Source of the DNA: the human T2T-CHM13v2.0 reference genome, Homo sapiens | NCBI RefSeq assembly: GCF_009914755.1 | Contig: NC_060947.1 | Strand: one strand, 5' to 3' | Length of the DNA stretch: 64,000 nucleotides | In this document: in pieces, positions 1 to 15,903 of the stretch | Position numbering within the stretch: position 1 is the stretch's first letter | How the letters are laid out: the number at the start of each line of letters is the position of its first letter | Program-made: the position numbers and the translations under genes | Notes under the pieces: generated by a model | The model's database searches: none | The model's input: only the letters and a program-made list of their open reading frames with translations | Told to the model about the DNA's origin: nothing

Positions 1-327
1 CTTTTCCTTGCCTTCTGCAGCATTTTGAATCATGGAAAGTTAGACTATTCTAGGACTTGATAGCCTGACCCATTCAAGTCTCTATTAAAAAAGGGTTTGT
101 TCATTTTGTCAGTTTTCCAGGCCCAACTCCCCATTTCACTTTTGTAGTTGACTATATATGAACATTTCTTGAGTTTCTGGGGCAGGGCAGGGGCACATAG
201 AGAAGCAGAAATTCAAAACAGGCCAGTGTTTTATAGAGTTGTATGCTCAAGGTGGGTGGAGGTGGCAGGAGATCTTAGAGTCAATGACTAAAGCAAGGTT
301 TCTTAGGGGTGTGTTCCTTTTACTTAC

Positions 328-922
<595 letters not shown>

Positions 923-999
923 TTTACCTTGTTTTTCTAGGTTTTAGGTGGTATGACAAATGAAGCAACAGGAATATCATAACTGTGGGGTACACTGCT

Positions 1000-1325
1000 C
1001 ATTGCCTCCCCAGTAGCAACCCTTTACTCCTTGCTAACAGAACTCTGATTTTGGTTTAAGAATCAGGTAGCAATGTGCTCAGGGAAGGGGACCCACTTCT
1101 AAAGGGTCTGAATTCACTATGGAATCTCATTTCCCCTTTGCCAGTGACTGGTGAAGGCATGGGCATGTGACTCAATTCTGGCCAATGTGACACAAGAAGG
1201 AAATTTGCTGGCATCTTTGCCTATCTTTGGACAACTCGTTATGTGAGATAATTAAACTTTATTGTTTAAACAACTTTTAGACAAGTATTTTATTACTTGC
1301 AGACAAGACCATCCTCTGTGATACA
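1000..1325 (+). mobile_element. Ancient ERVL/MaLR-type LTR remnant
   Basis: Motifs ggcatgtgactcaattctggccaatg and a 3' end ttacttgcagacaagaccatcctctgtgatac. Boundaries approximate. Confidence 0.5.
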
Positions 1326-1778
1326 CTAATCAATTTGAAAACTCTCAACATCCACTTTAGTTTTTTTGAAAAGATTATTTAATAATCTACTTTATTAGGG
1401 TCACAAATTTATGGAATGTTAGAGCTGGAAGGTTTGAGGACTGTCTAATCTATTTCCTTCATTTCTTGTTTCTGCAGACTAAAAAAGTCAGACACTGAAT
1501 GTTGGGACTATGCTGTATGCTCTATAATCTCTTTAAATGTCTAATACTGATTTTGTAGAATTGTGGTAAAATCAGAATTTTGGACCCAGATGAGAGCTAC
1601 ACTGAATTTTCTTTTATCCTCACTGGCCTAAAAAAAAACCCAAAAAAACACAGATTTCCTAAATAACAGTAAAATAGATCTCAGAGGGGATGTTGCTTTT
1701 ACTTAAGAAAACTTCCAAACACCCTAGAAATAGCTATTTATATACATGTGAATAACAACATGCTCATATATTCATTAA

Positions 1779-3372
<1,594 letters not shown>

Positions 3373-3685
3373 ATAGAATTACTTATCTTGGAAATATTCA
3401 ATAAATGAGATTGGCCTTACCCTCTGATTAATTCAAGCTTGAGAGACTTTACTTAATTGTATGTCAATATTCTACCTGACATTACTTCCATCCTCGCTTA
3501 CCATTTTCTCCCAACTAAGCTTTTCTAACGAGGAAAAAAGTAACTTACATAAAGAGAAACTTCTGCTATCTGGTGTTATAACAGATATGCCAGGCTTCCA
3601 TTCTACCTCATTTCTACATGAGAAAATTGTTATCCATTTCCATGATGCCAAATGACAATAATACTTGAAAACCAGTGATGCCTAC

Positions 3686-3840
3686 CTGAGTGATGTCCAT
3701 TCCTGAGTCACAGCTCAGTGGTTGTGTGGAAGTCAGACCATTTGAGCCGATTACAGTTGTGATCACAGCATTCTCATCAATTTTGCGAATCATAGTCCCA
3801 TCCACAAAGTAAATAAATCCATGCCTATCAACTGTGATGC
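3686..3840 (-). CDS. TENM1: Teneurin-1 coding exon, 155 nt, phase 1-0: (G)[51 protein letters not shown]
   Basis: Within ORF 3614..3946. Acceptor tgctctttcccaacag|GC and donor CAG|gtaggc. Joins the previous exon as G|GC (Gly). Confidence 0.98.
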
Positions 3841-4636
3841 CTGTTGGGAAAGAGCAAATGAGCATTAGTAGTCTAGTGAACCACATTTGCACTAAGCTCT
3901 GTATTTTGAAAAAAGCCATAGCAATGGAAAGGCATTTTAAAGACATATAGATTCAATTTTGCTCAGCACAGACAGGACAGTAATGGGAGAGGTTTGTTGG
4001 GGCATACATTCACTTCTTTGTGTATTGAGAAGAAATGACAAAAAGTCACACGCGGAGATAAAGCCAGGTCTAATAATTTTGTCCAGTTTTACATTTCCAC
4101 CCCCTTGATACTTGCTTGCCCCCACAAACAATAAAAAATCATCTTTAAGATAAATGGGAAAAGACGGGGAGATCATGTATATTACATTTTTTTTTAGGGT
4201 GCTAATGCACAGGCTGCTGCTTATTTTCACGATTGCATTAGGAAATAACTGACTTGAAAAGCATTATAATTATTTTCATCAATTCAGACTTTGTTAAAAG
4301 GGAGTTTGTAATAACTTTGATGAACCGGGCTGAGTTTTTTTCTCCATATTATCTATTAAAAGGGGAGTTGGCGAGCAAAATTATAGTATCACAAAGGGAA
4401 TGGCTAAGTTTCTAGAAAAGATAAAAGCCGATAAAATTTTCACAGCAGTTTTTACACACAGTGTTAATTACAGCCTGGTTTCTTAAAATTTTTATTATAA
4501 TAGCAGTTAGAAGGCTTGGGTTCTAATACTGAATACCCCACTTACAACTAATGTGTGACTCTGATTGAGTCATTCATTTGCAAATTTCAGACTCCTCTTT
4601 GGTAACATAGGGACAGGATCGTCTGCCTTACTTAGC

Positions 4637-4733
4637 TAAAGTGATCTACTGCTCTGGTTTGGCTGTAACTGAGGCAGAGCTCAGTTTTAAAACTAGGACC
4701 ATCCTTGACAAACCAGGATGAGCTGGTTACTCT
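4637..4733. mobile_element. MER81-like hAT-Blackjack MITE remnant
   Basis: ctggtttggctgtaactgagg...aaaactaggaccatccttgacaaaccaggatgagctggttactcta resembles MER81. Confidence 0.5.
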
Positions 4734-4754
4734 ATATCTAGGTATATCTAGGTG

Positions 4755-5050
4755 TTTTTTTTCTTTGTTTTTGAGGGAGTTTTGCTCTTGTTGTCCAGGC
4801 TGGGTACAATGGTGCAATCTTGGCTCACTGCAACCTCCGCCTCCTGGGTTCAAGTGATTATCCTGCTTCAGCCTCCCAAATAGCTAGGATTATAGGAGCC
4901 TGCCAGCACGCCTGGCTAGTTTTTTGTATTTTTAGTAGAGACAGGGTTTCACCATGTTGGCCAGGCTGGTCTCGAACTGACCTCAGGTGATCCACCTGCC
5001 TCGGCCTCCCAAAGTGGTGGGATTACAGGCGTGAGATATCGGGCCTGGCC
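4755..5050 (-). mobile_element. AluS (Sq/Sp-like)
   Basis: Full-length antisense Alu dimer with gagttttgctcttgttg..cagg, flanked by ctaggt on both sides. Confidence 0.93.
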
Positions 5051-8000
5051 CTAGGTCGTTATATCATATGAAGTAATACATATAAAAAGTATCAGATACA
5101 CTTTAAGAACATATGGCTCTACTCCTATTTCCCTTGGTGCTTTTGACAGTGCTCTTGAAAATAACCACATGGCATTTTTCAAACTAGTCTACAATTTAGT
5201 CTTTTCCCCACTTCCCTTTATTTAGGTCTGGTGAAACTCATTGAATGGATGTTAAAGTCAGAATTTCTGTGCTAACAAGCGTGTCCTTTTAGCACAACAC
5301 AACACACAAACACACACACACATGAATTTTCTGGCAAAATGTGAACTCATCTAGAGTCATTTTATAAACTCAACTTAATAAACTGCTTTTAGATGAACTA
5401 ATTCATTGGCAGGAAGTTAATATTAAGACTTGGCTTTATGGTATACTTTGATTAATCCTGATGTTTGATTAATCCTTAACATCTATAAAAGTTACAAATT
5501 CATTTTAATGTCCCCTGAATACTTCTAAAGTCATCTATGTTTTGGTGAGTTCTCCAAGGAAACCAGCATGTCCAAACAAGGGAATTCCATGTCCATAAAT
5601 CCCTTTATAATTTTTAGAGGTATAAGGACCCTTAAGGTGGTTTATAAAAAGACTTTTAAGACTGGGGCAAGTTAAATGATGATGGCGTATGAACAATTAT
5701 TTTAATCTCCAGAACATTTTGGATGAGGATGAACCAAGGGGGAACTTCTGCCTGTTATTTTTGTGTTTTGCAACATCAATTTCTTGATTGCTTAAAATTT
5801 GGTGTGGTTTGTGGCAGACCTATTATTTAGAACCACCTTCTATGACCACTATATTAAATATCGCTGAGTATAAAATTTCAAATTTGGCTGTCATAAAGGG
5901 ATAGACTGAAAGATCAAGACTCAAGACTCAAGTCTGGGGATGGAAAGACTGAAAGGAGATGTGCTCGACATGTACGAAATCATGAATCATTTACTAAACA
6001 CTATGATTACTAAATCGTAGTGAATGTCACCATGCTAGGCTCTGTGAGGGTATAAGGATAAAGAATCTGGTTACACTGAAACTAAGACTAAGAGGAATAC
6101 TCTGGAACTTTAGTAAATTAAGGATATTAAAAATAAAATGAAGTGTTGCTCTTATGAGGAGGTAGTAAACTTAGAGGATCTGATCCTCTAAAAATTTGAG
6201 CAGGTTCACAAAAGGTACAGAGAAATAAATGTATTCTTAACTAGTATACATGGGAAGGTCTTTACATGTCTTTGCTGATATCAGGGAGGACAATTCTTTT
6301 CCTTGACTACCACACTTCTCATCCCATCAGAGTGCAAAGTTTAGGCTGATCCAGGGAGGATAATCTGGGACTTTACATAGTTTTCTTACTTTTACTTTTT
6401 GTGAAGATCTAAACACTGTGAACTTCTTTGTCTCTGTTCATGTCAGCTGAGTTCCACAGACGAGTGCCCTTTGAAATAAGTCTGGGCTTATTAAATACTC
6501 ACTATTTGCCTTCAGGGCTTGTTCTGCTGACAGTTTGTAGAATATTTTCCTTTCATATATTTGTGTAGCAACTTCTTTTATCATGGTCCAAATTCCAAAC
6601 ATACTTCTTTTTCCTTGAGAAGCTTTAATTAACTTTGATTGGGTTACACTTATGTTTGGAGTTGAAAAAGAAACAGTAGAAAAGGCTTTGAGGAAACTAT
6701 GTGATAGGTGCTTCATAAATGTACCGAGCATATTTTATATGTACATATTTTCCTCTCATTTGCCTTCCCTTACCAACCAATCAACCAACCAACACATAAA
6801 TTCCCCAAACAACAATTTTGCAACCTCTTTGCTGGTGAAGCTTAAGGGGTATTTAATTTTCACTGAGGGTAAAAATCAAATTGGAAACCCCAGGCATGAA
6901 AAAGAGAATAATATTTGTCCATCATTTGGGGAGGTTTCCCCTCCCATAATGCTTATTGTTATAACCCAGGGATAGTGATGATGCTGTAGATATATTACTG
7001 CTTGTCAGAATGAGTGAAAGGAGGTGACACATTCCCAGTATATATTTTAAGCTTTATTCTTTGGAGATGGGCATGTGAGTGATTTCAGATCACATAAAGC
7101 CATCTGGGGCTAGCAAGATCTGCAGATTCAATTTACTTTCCAATTTTGATATTGCTGTGCCCAGATCTCCAAAACTTGGTAACCAATGTTGTGGGCAAAA
7201 TTTGTTCCAACGGTCATGTTCATTGATGTGTTCACTGACAGCATTTTCATTAGCACTTAAACAATCAAAGGTACAGTCTCTGGATGAGAAAAGATTTAAA
7301 GATTTAAACTGTACTAAGAAAACCACTTCCAGGTTTAAAAATTTTCAACCGGAATTCATTTTTGTTTTCAAAGCAAGTAAAAATACAGAGATCTCTGATA
7401 TTACCACAAGGTTAGGCCGTGATGCAAGGCAGGTGGAGGTGGAAGTGGGAAGAAAACACACAATAGCTTGAGTCCCCTCAATTTAACTTTGAATTTAAAA
7501 ATCCCCCTGCACCAAGGAAAACACTGGCCTCAGATGCCCAGACAGCATGTTTAGCTTGGAGCACATTTTTACATTTGGGAGAAAATAAATAAATCCTTGT
7601 AAATTAGTGCATATAATGAAAGCACTGACAGACCATAACCTGGAAGTGTGAATGGTGCTGTCTCCATTCATCAGCATTAAGCCCTAACAAGCTCTTTCTA
7701 TGGAGAGACCTGCTCATAAATAAAGTGCATCTTGTAAAAAAATTATTCACAACATCCCATGCAAAGTAGGGGATATTATATAATATCTGAACTGCAGGCT
7801 CTTTTCTCTGTGAAGCAGTGCTCTGTATGAAACAGCTGCAAATTATAGGCAAAATTATTTGACTTCTTCCCTTGTCTTATTATCCTCCAATGAATAAATA
7901 CTTTAATTCTTTAGATGACAATTGCCTAAAGCTGGGGCAGCCTGGATAGTTACTTATAAATTTATCACCTGTGAGGGGAAAAGATGCTACTGATCAATAC

Positions 8001-9249
8001 TGAAGGAACAGGGGCATCCTGATGTAATCACTGAGAGTCCAGATGTGGTGCTTAATAGCCTGGAAATAGTAGCTAAATCCCAAATTAGATAACAGTGAAG
8101 ATTTGAGTTTTTGGCTGTGTAGAATGCCAATTTCAAATGTTGGCAGAAGGCATCTCTGTACTTAATTTTTTAAAATTACAGCTGTTGAGGCCACCTACAT
8201 TTTTATTATTTCTATATAAAAAATGAAACATCTTTCAGAATATAAGCTTTGGAAAGCAGTCATAACATTCTCTTCATCTATAGCCCTAGCAACAAGAAAA
8301 CTGAAATACTGGATGTTTTTCTGCCACAATCTGCTGTTTAATTTTATCAGACAAAGATAAATGGTTAAATCAACTTCCAGGGAAATTCCTAAGCCTAATA
8401 TGGTGTCAGCTCAATCTCCAATACTGAGAGTGCTGAATTGTGTAACTGATTCAAAAATGTTCTTTTAGTCAAGGAGAATTTTTCTTTGTTCATGTGCATT
8501 CCAATTCTCTGAAAATTGGTACTATATGTGTGGTATATATGGAAACTCTACTAGGCAGAAAAGTCCATTCTTCAACCCATCTGACTACTGTCCACTTAAT
8601 TACCCTCTGGGATCAGAAAGGCCCAAGTTACTTATGCATAATAAGCCTGTTAAGTTTTCTCACTATGTAGCCACTAAATGGAGCTTCTAGAACTTGGAGG
8701 GTTTACAGATTTCTGTGTGTCACTAGAGGTTGGAAGGAGGCAGAGCTTAATGACAAGCTGAGATGATTTCACTGTGTGGTTAACAGTGGCATCAGGATTT
8801 CTCCAGTAAGGAGACACTAATAAACTCACTGTAATATTATATGACTAGTGAATAGTGAGTTATTTAATCAGATATTTTGTTTAATAAAATGTTCTAGTAT
8901 ATTCTACATAGTAAAGGTCAATTTCCAAAGAACATAAACACAAATTAAAAATGATAAGCTTTCAAACTAATATTCTGCTGACTGGAATGTCTTATTTTGA
9001 TTACTCAAAAGGCACTTCAAAGGGCTTCATAGTCATTATAAAGAACAATAAATTTGTGGGCTAGTTAACCAAGAATTCTGATTGAGAGAAAGACAGACGA
9101 CACCAGTGTTTAGCATTTGTCTTGTCTTCAGCTCCTTGTGATCCTCTCAAAACTTTAGACTTCAGCTTTGCCATAAGGCAAAGTGAATGGACAGCCCTTT
9201 TAAATCCACCAACCACTATTTTTCTTAAAGCTTACTGAGAAAAATGTTT

Positions 9250-9540
9250 TTCTGTTTACTCATTAACTTATTCAAGATTTATTCTGCACCCTCTGCGTGT
9301 GAGCACTGTCCTAGGCAATGAGAGTACAGGAGACTATAAAACAGACATGGCGTTGCTCTTAGAAAGCCTGGAAACTGGTAGAGGGAGACAGAGAAATAAC
9401 CAGGCAATTGCAATGCCATTAGATAAGCACTAGTTTGGGGCAAGTCCAAGGTGCCATGGGAGCATCCTTGGGGGATGGGCCGGGGAAATGAAAGTCACAA
9501 GTGATTTCTCAGACTTAAGTGATAGGTAAGCTGAAATCTG
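9250..9540 (-). mobile_element. L2 3' fragment
   Basis: cattaacttattcaagatttatt...gagcactgtcctaggcaatgagagtacagg pattern of an antisense L2 3' end. Confidence 0.55.
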
Positions 9541-9629
9541 AAGAACCATGTTGAATTCTAGATGAGCCTAGTATGTATGAAATCCAGGTAAACACCACTG
9601 AAAATCTATGAAAGATGACTAATATTACT

Positions 9630-9829
9630 AAACAATAATCATTTCCATTTGCCGAGAACACTATGATATTCCAGGTACTGTGCTGGATTCCTTACATAGA
9701 TTTTCTCATTCAATCCTCCCAACAGCCTTGTGGAGTAGGTACTAATGTAATTTTTTAGATGAGGAAATGGAAGTGCAGAGAGGTAGAGTGACTAACTCTA
9801 GGTTACATACCTAGAAAGTGCTAGTTTAA
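9630..9829 (-). mobile_element. MIR, first half (continues at 11119-11170 after the L1 insertion)
   Basis: MIR core ...ttttagatgaggaaatggaag..., and the downstream piece ctcttaaccactatg. Confidence 0.7.
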
Positions 9830-11101
9830 AGCGATGGGGAAAGGACTCCCTATTCAGTAAATGGTGCTACAATAACTGGCTAGCCATATGCAGAAGACTG
9901 GAACTGGACCCCTTCGTTATACCATATACAAAAATTAACTCAAGATGGATTAAAGACTTAAAAGTAAAACCCAAAACTATAAAAACCCTGGAAGAAAACC
10001 TAGGCAATACCATTCCAGACATAGGCATGGGCAAAGATTTCATAATGAAGACACCGAAAGCAATGACAACAAAAGCAAAAATTGACAAATGAACTTCTGT
10101 ACAGCAAAAGAAATTATCAACAGAGTACACAGGCAACCTACAGAATGGGAGAAAATTTTTGCAAAGTATGAATCTGACAAAGGTCTAATATCCAGCATCT
10201 ATAAGGAACTTAAACAAATTTACAAGAAAAGAAAAAAACAAACAACCCCATTAATAAGTGGGCAAAGGACATGAACAAACACTTCTCAAAAGAAGACATA
10301 CATGTGGCCAACAAGCATATGAAAAAAAGCTCAACATTACTCATCATTAGAGAAATGCAAATCAAAACCACAATGAGATACCATTTCACACAAGTCAGAT
10401 TGGCTATTATTAAAAGTCAAAAAATAACAGATGCTGGCAAGGTTGTGGAGTAAAAGGAATGCTTATACACTGTTGGTAGGAGTGTAAATTAGTTCAACCA
10501 TTGTGGAAGACAGTGTGGTGATTCCTTAAAGACCTAAAGACAGAAATACCATTGGACCCAGCAGTCCCCTTACTGGGTATATACTCAAAGGAATATAAAT
10601 CATTCTATTATAAAGACACATGCACGTGTATGTTCATTGCAGCACTGTTCACAGTAGCAAAGACATGGAATCAACCTAAATGCCCATCACTGATAGACTG
10701 TATAAAGAAAATGTGGTACATATACACCATGGAATACTATGAATCCATAAAAAGGAATGAGATCATGTCCTCTGTAGGGACATGGATAAAGCTGGAGGTC
10801 ATTATCCTTAGCAAACTAATACAGGAACAGAAAACCAAATACCACATGTTCTCACTTATAAGTGGGATCTAAATGATGGGAACACATAGACACATAGAGG
10901 GGAACAACACACACTGGGGCCTATCGGATAGTGGAGGGTGGGAGGAGGGAGAGGATCAGAAAAAACAACTAATGGATACTAAGCTTAATACCTGGGTGAT
11001 GAAATAATCTGCACAACAAACCCCTATGACATATGTTTACCTACGTAATAAACCTGTACATGTACCCCTGAACTTAAAGTAGAAGTTGAAAAAAAAAAAA
11101 A
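9830..11101 (+). mobile_element. 5'-truncated older L1PA (about L1PA11-15)
   Basis: Degenerate ORF2 C-terminus ending ...MFSLISGI, 3'UTR gggagaggatcagaaaaaa..., poly(A). TSD agaaa(g/a)tgctagtttaa at 9813-9829 and 11102-11118. Confidence 0.93.
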
Positions 11102-11199
11102 AGAAAATGCTAGTTTAACACAAGTTTGTCTGAGTTTAATGCCCATTCTCTTAACCACTATGCCATGTAGCTTAAATGAGGTTATCAATTGCTTTACCA

Positions 11200-11360
11200 C
11201 AGGGATGGGGTACAGACTGGCTTAAGAAGGTTCAGAAACTCCATGAAATTATCCACAAAATGTTTTGTGTATGGGTATTATCATGGGGAGAGAGCCCATT
11301 GGCTTTGTTAGATTGTCAAAAGGATCTCTGACCCGTCCCAAAAATTGTTAAGAATTCTTG
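11200..11360. mobile_element. hAT-Charlie-type MITE remnant
   Basis: ggggagagagcccattggctttgttagattgtcaaaaggatctctgaccc...gttaagaattcttg. A related copy lies at 43090-43320. Confidence 0.5.
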
Positions 11361-11539
11361 TATTCCTATAGATCTCTTAGACTTCTTCAGAATTATTCTT
11401 CAAAGGTATTCTGTGGCTTCATCTTCACAGAGCTGATGAGTTTCAAGAAAGTACTCAAGACCTTCCATGTGGTGGGGAGTTCAGTAACTTTACTATTATC
11501 ATAGAATTACCACCTAAAAAGGAGACCCCACGCAGTGGG

Positions 11540-12365
11540 ATATCAACTCACCTAGGTCAAAATAGCTTTTATTAAAAAAGATAGGGAATAATGAATGCTG
11601 GTGAGGATGTGGAGAAAGGGGAATCCTCATATATTGTTGGTGGAAATGTAAATTAGGATAGCCACTACAAAAAATGGAATGAAGGTCCCTCAAAAAACTA
11701 AAAATAGAACTATCATATGATCTAGCAATTCCACTACTACTACTGGGTATATATAGAAAATAACGGAAATCAGTATATCAAAGGGATATCTGCACTCCCG
11801 TGTTTATTGCAGCACTATTCACAACAGCCAAAATATGGAATCAACTAAGTACCCATCAATAGGTGAATGGATAAAGAAAATGTGGCACATATACACAATA
11901 GGATATTATTCAGCCATAAAAAGAAGGAAATTTTATCATTTGCAGCAACATGGATGGAACTAGAGGTTATTATGTTGAGTGAAATAAGTCAAGCACAGAA
12001 ACACAAATATCACATGTTCTCACTGATACGTGGGAGCTAAAAAAGAGAGTAGATTAGTCGTTACCGGAGGCTGGGAAGGGTAAGGGAGGATGAAGAGAGG
12101 TATATTTATACCCATTAATCAATGATAGAAGAAATAAGAACTAGGGTTTGATAAATCAGTAGAGTGATGTAGGTTACAATAATCCATTGTATATTTCAAA
12201 ATAACTAGAAGAGAATAATTTGAATGTTTCTAGCATAAAGAAAAGACAACTATTTAAGGTGATGAATATCCTAATTATACTGATTTGATCTTTACAAATT
12301 ATACAAATGTATGAAATTATCACACATAGCTCCCAAATATATATATCTATATGTATCAATTAAAA
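11540..12365 (+). mobile_element. L1MA-type 3' fragment
   Basis: Degenerate ORF2 end and L1MA 3'UTR (gtatatttcaaaataactagaagaga..., tatgtatcaattaaaa). Confidence 0.85.
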
Positions 12366-12389
12366 TTAATAAGGTCGTTTCATTTTCAG

Positions 12390-12770
12390 TATGACAGAGA
12401 CAATGCTATGTGTTCATGTCATCCCGTTTCTCTTTCTTTCTGAGAACAGAGTTAGATTACGTTTCTCAGCCTCCTTTCCAAGTTAGGTGTGGGCAGAAGT
12501 AATGGATGCGACTTCTAGGCCTGATCCTTAAGGAACTATCTACTGAGTTTCTGTATGGATTACTACCTTCCACTGTAGGCTGGCTGCATGCAGACCATCC
12601 AGTAGAGGACTCCAAGGCCTAAGGCATTGAGGAATCACTAGATGGAAGAAGGCTGGTTCCTTGAATCACTGCTTGGAGCAGAGATTCTTCCACTCCCCAG
12701 GCAACCCACATTAAATTGTGATGTAAGAATGAAATAAGTTACTATTTCTGTTAAGCTATTGAGATACTGT
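12390..12770 (+). mobile_element. Ancient MaLR (MLT1-like) LTR remnant
   Basis: agatggaagaaggctggttccttgaatcactgcttggagcag and ...tgttaagctattgagat motifs. Confidence 0.55.
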
Positions 12771-14183
12771 GTGTGTGTGTGGGGGGGGTGGGGGTGGGGG
12801 GGAGGGTGTGTGTGTTTAATATGGTTGTTAGCTTGGCCCGAGTATTAACATTCAGCAACCCAAATCCTATTCACCTTTTAAGGCTTTTATAGGAAGTTTC
12901 CCTTTCATGAATCCTTCCCTGCAAACTCCAGTTCATTGTGGTCTGTTTTCTAACCCACAGAAGCTGTTACTTATTTATTTATTTGTTAATGTGAATTCTC
13001 CAATCATGATCCATGTAGGTAATAAGCTCCCTGAGGACAGGAACTGGATTTTAGAATTAGTTTTTATATCTCAAATAATTCAGTACACTTGGGCACAAAT
13101 GTTCAATAAACCTTCCTGATTTACAGGACTAAATTTCCATGCATTTATACTGAAACATATCTACCTTGAACAAAATAAAGCATGCCAGGAGGCCAAGAAC
13201 TGCATATGAATTTCACTAGAAATGAGCTTAGAAAGGATGCAGTGACAATGTCTTTCTCTAAAGTCCTTTAAGAGGAATACAGTCCCCTATCAATTAGTGA
13301 TGATTGGAATATGGGAAAAGTGGGGTTGACAACCAAGAGCAAACAGACAAAGGACCATGGATCAAATTAACTGCAAACAAATGTGATCCATGTGGATAGC
13401 TACAATGAATAGCTCATGACACCGCTCCCCCCACCACACACACAAATCCAGTTGTTCTGTCAATATAACTTTGTTTGCGATCTTGTGATCTCTTCCGACC
13501 TTACCATGTTAGGAGTTCTGAAGAAACAGAAGTGCCTCAGGATTTTTTTTCAGGCTGATTTTTCTTACAGAATAGCTGTAGAACTTTGGATAATGCATTT
13601 GACCGCTCAGTGTCTTGATTTCTTAACTTATATACTACCTACTACACAAGGTAACATGGTGTGAAGCTCACAAGAGCCAATGAAATGAAAGGACTTTGAA
13701 GAAGATAAAGTATTATGGTGGTGCTAAGTGGTATCTTAATTGCCTAGTTATTGCTATAATTCTTTCTGACAGTGACTTTTCTAAGCCTAGAATCATAGTC
13801 AAAAATTTCCACACAGGCCCTGCTTGAACACTTTAGGCTTTTCTGTGTTCTGTAAATAAGATTTAAGTCCATGGAGCATTATGTAACCCTTGTCAGTAGG
13901 AGAGCACCCTATGTTAGATTCACCATAGAGACAATTCAGTAGTTGAAAACAGTTTTGTTAGCTCAGGGGAAATACTACACTATTAAATTATTGGTGTAAA
14001 AGCCTTCAAGCTTTTATAAGATGGTTAAAGTTTCCGTACACAGAATCAAATAAATGAGGTTCCATGCCGTGCAACTCGCTAAGGAAGACCCTTGGCCAAG
14101 GTGGTGGTAATGTCTCAACATTTAACAGTGAAACCAGACACTGATAATAATGTGATTTATTTTTCTTTGCTTTATAGAGGTTG

Positions 14184-14185
<2 letters not shown>

Positions 14186-14227
<42 letters not shown>

Positions 14228-14246
14228 AGAGAGAGAGAGAGAGAGA
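14186..14246 (+). repeat. Compound microsatellite, (GT)n of about 20 units followed by (GA)n of about 10
   Basis: Seen directly. Confidence 0.97.
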
Positions 14247-15589
14247 TTGGGGTAAGTAGATGGTGCTAGTTCAAGTTGAAATGCACATGTCTTGTTTTAT
14301 TTTTGTGTTAGAGTTCCCACTCAAAAGATGCCTGCAGGCTGAGATTTAAGGGTTCTCAGTATATATGGGCTAAGATAAATGAGGTTTACTAAATCTGAGC
14401 TGCATATTTTATATCTCCCCCTTTAGAAATTCCTCAAACATCAAGCAACGATATCTGAGACACTACTCAGATACATTTGAAAGAACTGTCGCTGTCATCC
14501 TAAGGAAGGCAACTGCCACACAAGAACGTTAGTGAACAATTAGCCCTAGGAAGGAAAGTTCGTTTATTGCCCATGGACCAGCAAAAAACTAATTGCAGTT
14601 GTTGCACTCTAGGGAAAATGAGTCTATCTCAAGGTATGTGAATGACCAAGAGGTTCTAATATAAAAAGCAAACTAAGTATACCTTGTCCCAAATACTCAA
14701 TAAAAGCAGGATATGAGGAATTAAGCCAATAGTGCTCACTATTCACAAAAGTGGGGTAACTCAAGAGGAATTAAAATTTCTTTAGGATAATGATTTGCAT
14801 GTAGTGCCCATTCAAAAACAACACAGAGGGCCCATTTAAAATTCTCCCTGCATCCGTATGTCTTGACTAATGAAGCTAGTGCTAGAAGAGAAGTTCACAA
14901 AGTCAGGAGTGGTAGACAGTCATTTGCAAAAGGTAAGGCAGGGTAATGAGCACTGCGTGAATACACATTTTAAACCTTTTAAGTGGAGGTTCAAGAGACG
15001 TTTGGGAGAACTGATTTGGGCTCAATCAAGAATATATGAATATAACAACAGCATACACACACAGACACAGGCACAAATATGACAGCGGAACAAAAAGCGA
15101 AAAATAGTCAAAGCAGTTGTTTAATGAGATAAACAACTTCTTTTACTGTTTTTACCTTTCCACACTCTGACCTACAAGTGTGACAATCTGTGGGCACAAG
15201 AACGCGACATTGAGAGGCATTTAAAATGCTGGGATGTTTTGTTCAAAGGGGGCTGGTGACTTCCTTATCCTTGTCTTGATTGAGATTGGAGTTTCCAAGG
15301 CCATTTCCCTGTCTATTTTCCTCTAAACTCAAATATCCAGACAAGTTCATCAGAGCTATGAGAGGTGGAGTAAAGAGTCTGGGCTAGAAGCCAGAAGATC
15401 CAGTTGTGAGACTGACTGTGACTTTAACAAATTTAAATAGTCTCCCAGTCCTCAGGTTTTGCCTTTGTCTAATAGTGAGTAGAAAAGCTGAGCTGCTCAT
15501 GTCAGTGGATGACTGTAAAGACCATATAAAATAACTTCTATGTGTGAAATCTTTCTGAAAGCTCAACACAAGTGATGTTAGTATTTATT

Positions 15590-15903
<314 letters not shown>

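Noticed and set aside
3961-3982. REST/RE1-like TCAGCACA-GACA-GGACAG
   Set aside because: Left half mismatched and spacer of 4 bp instead of the canonical 2 bp.
5961-5975. GTGCTCG start resembling U6 snRNA
   Set aside because: The match stops after 7 nt. No tRNA, snRNA or Y RNA body was recognised anywhere in the window.
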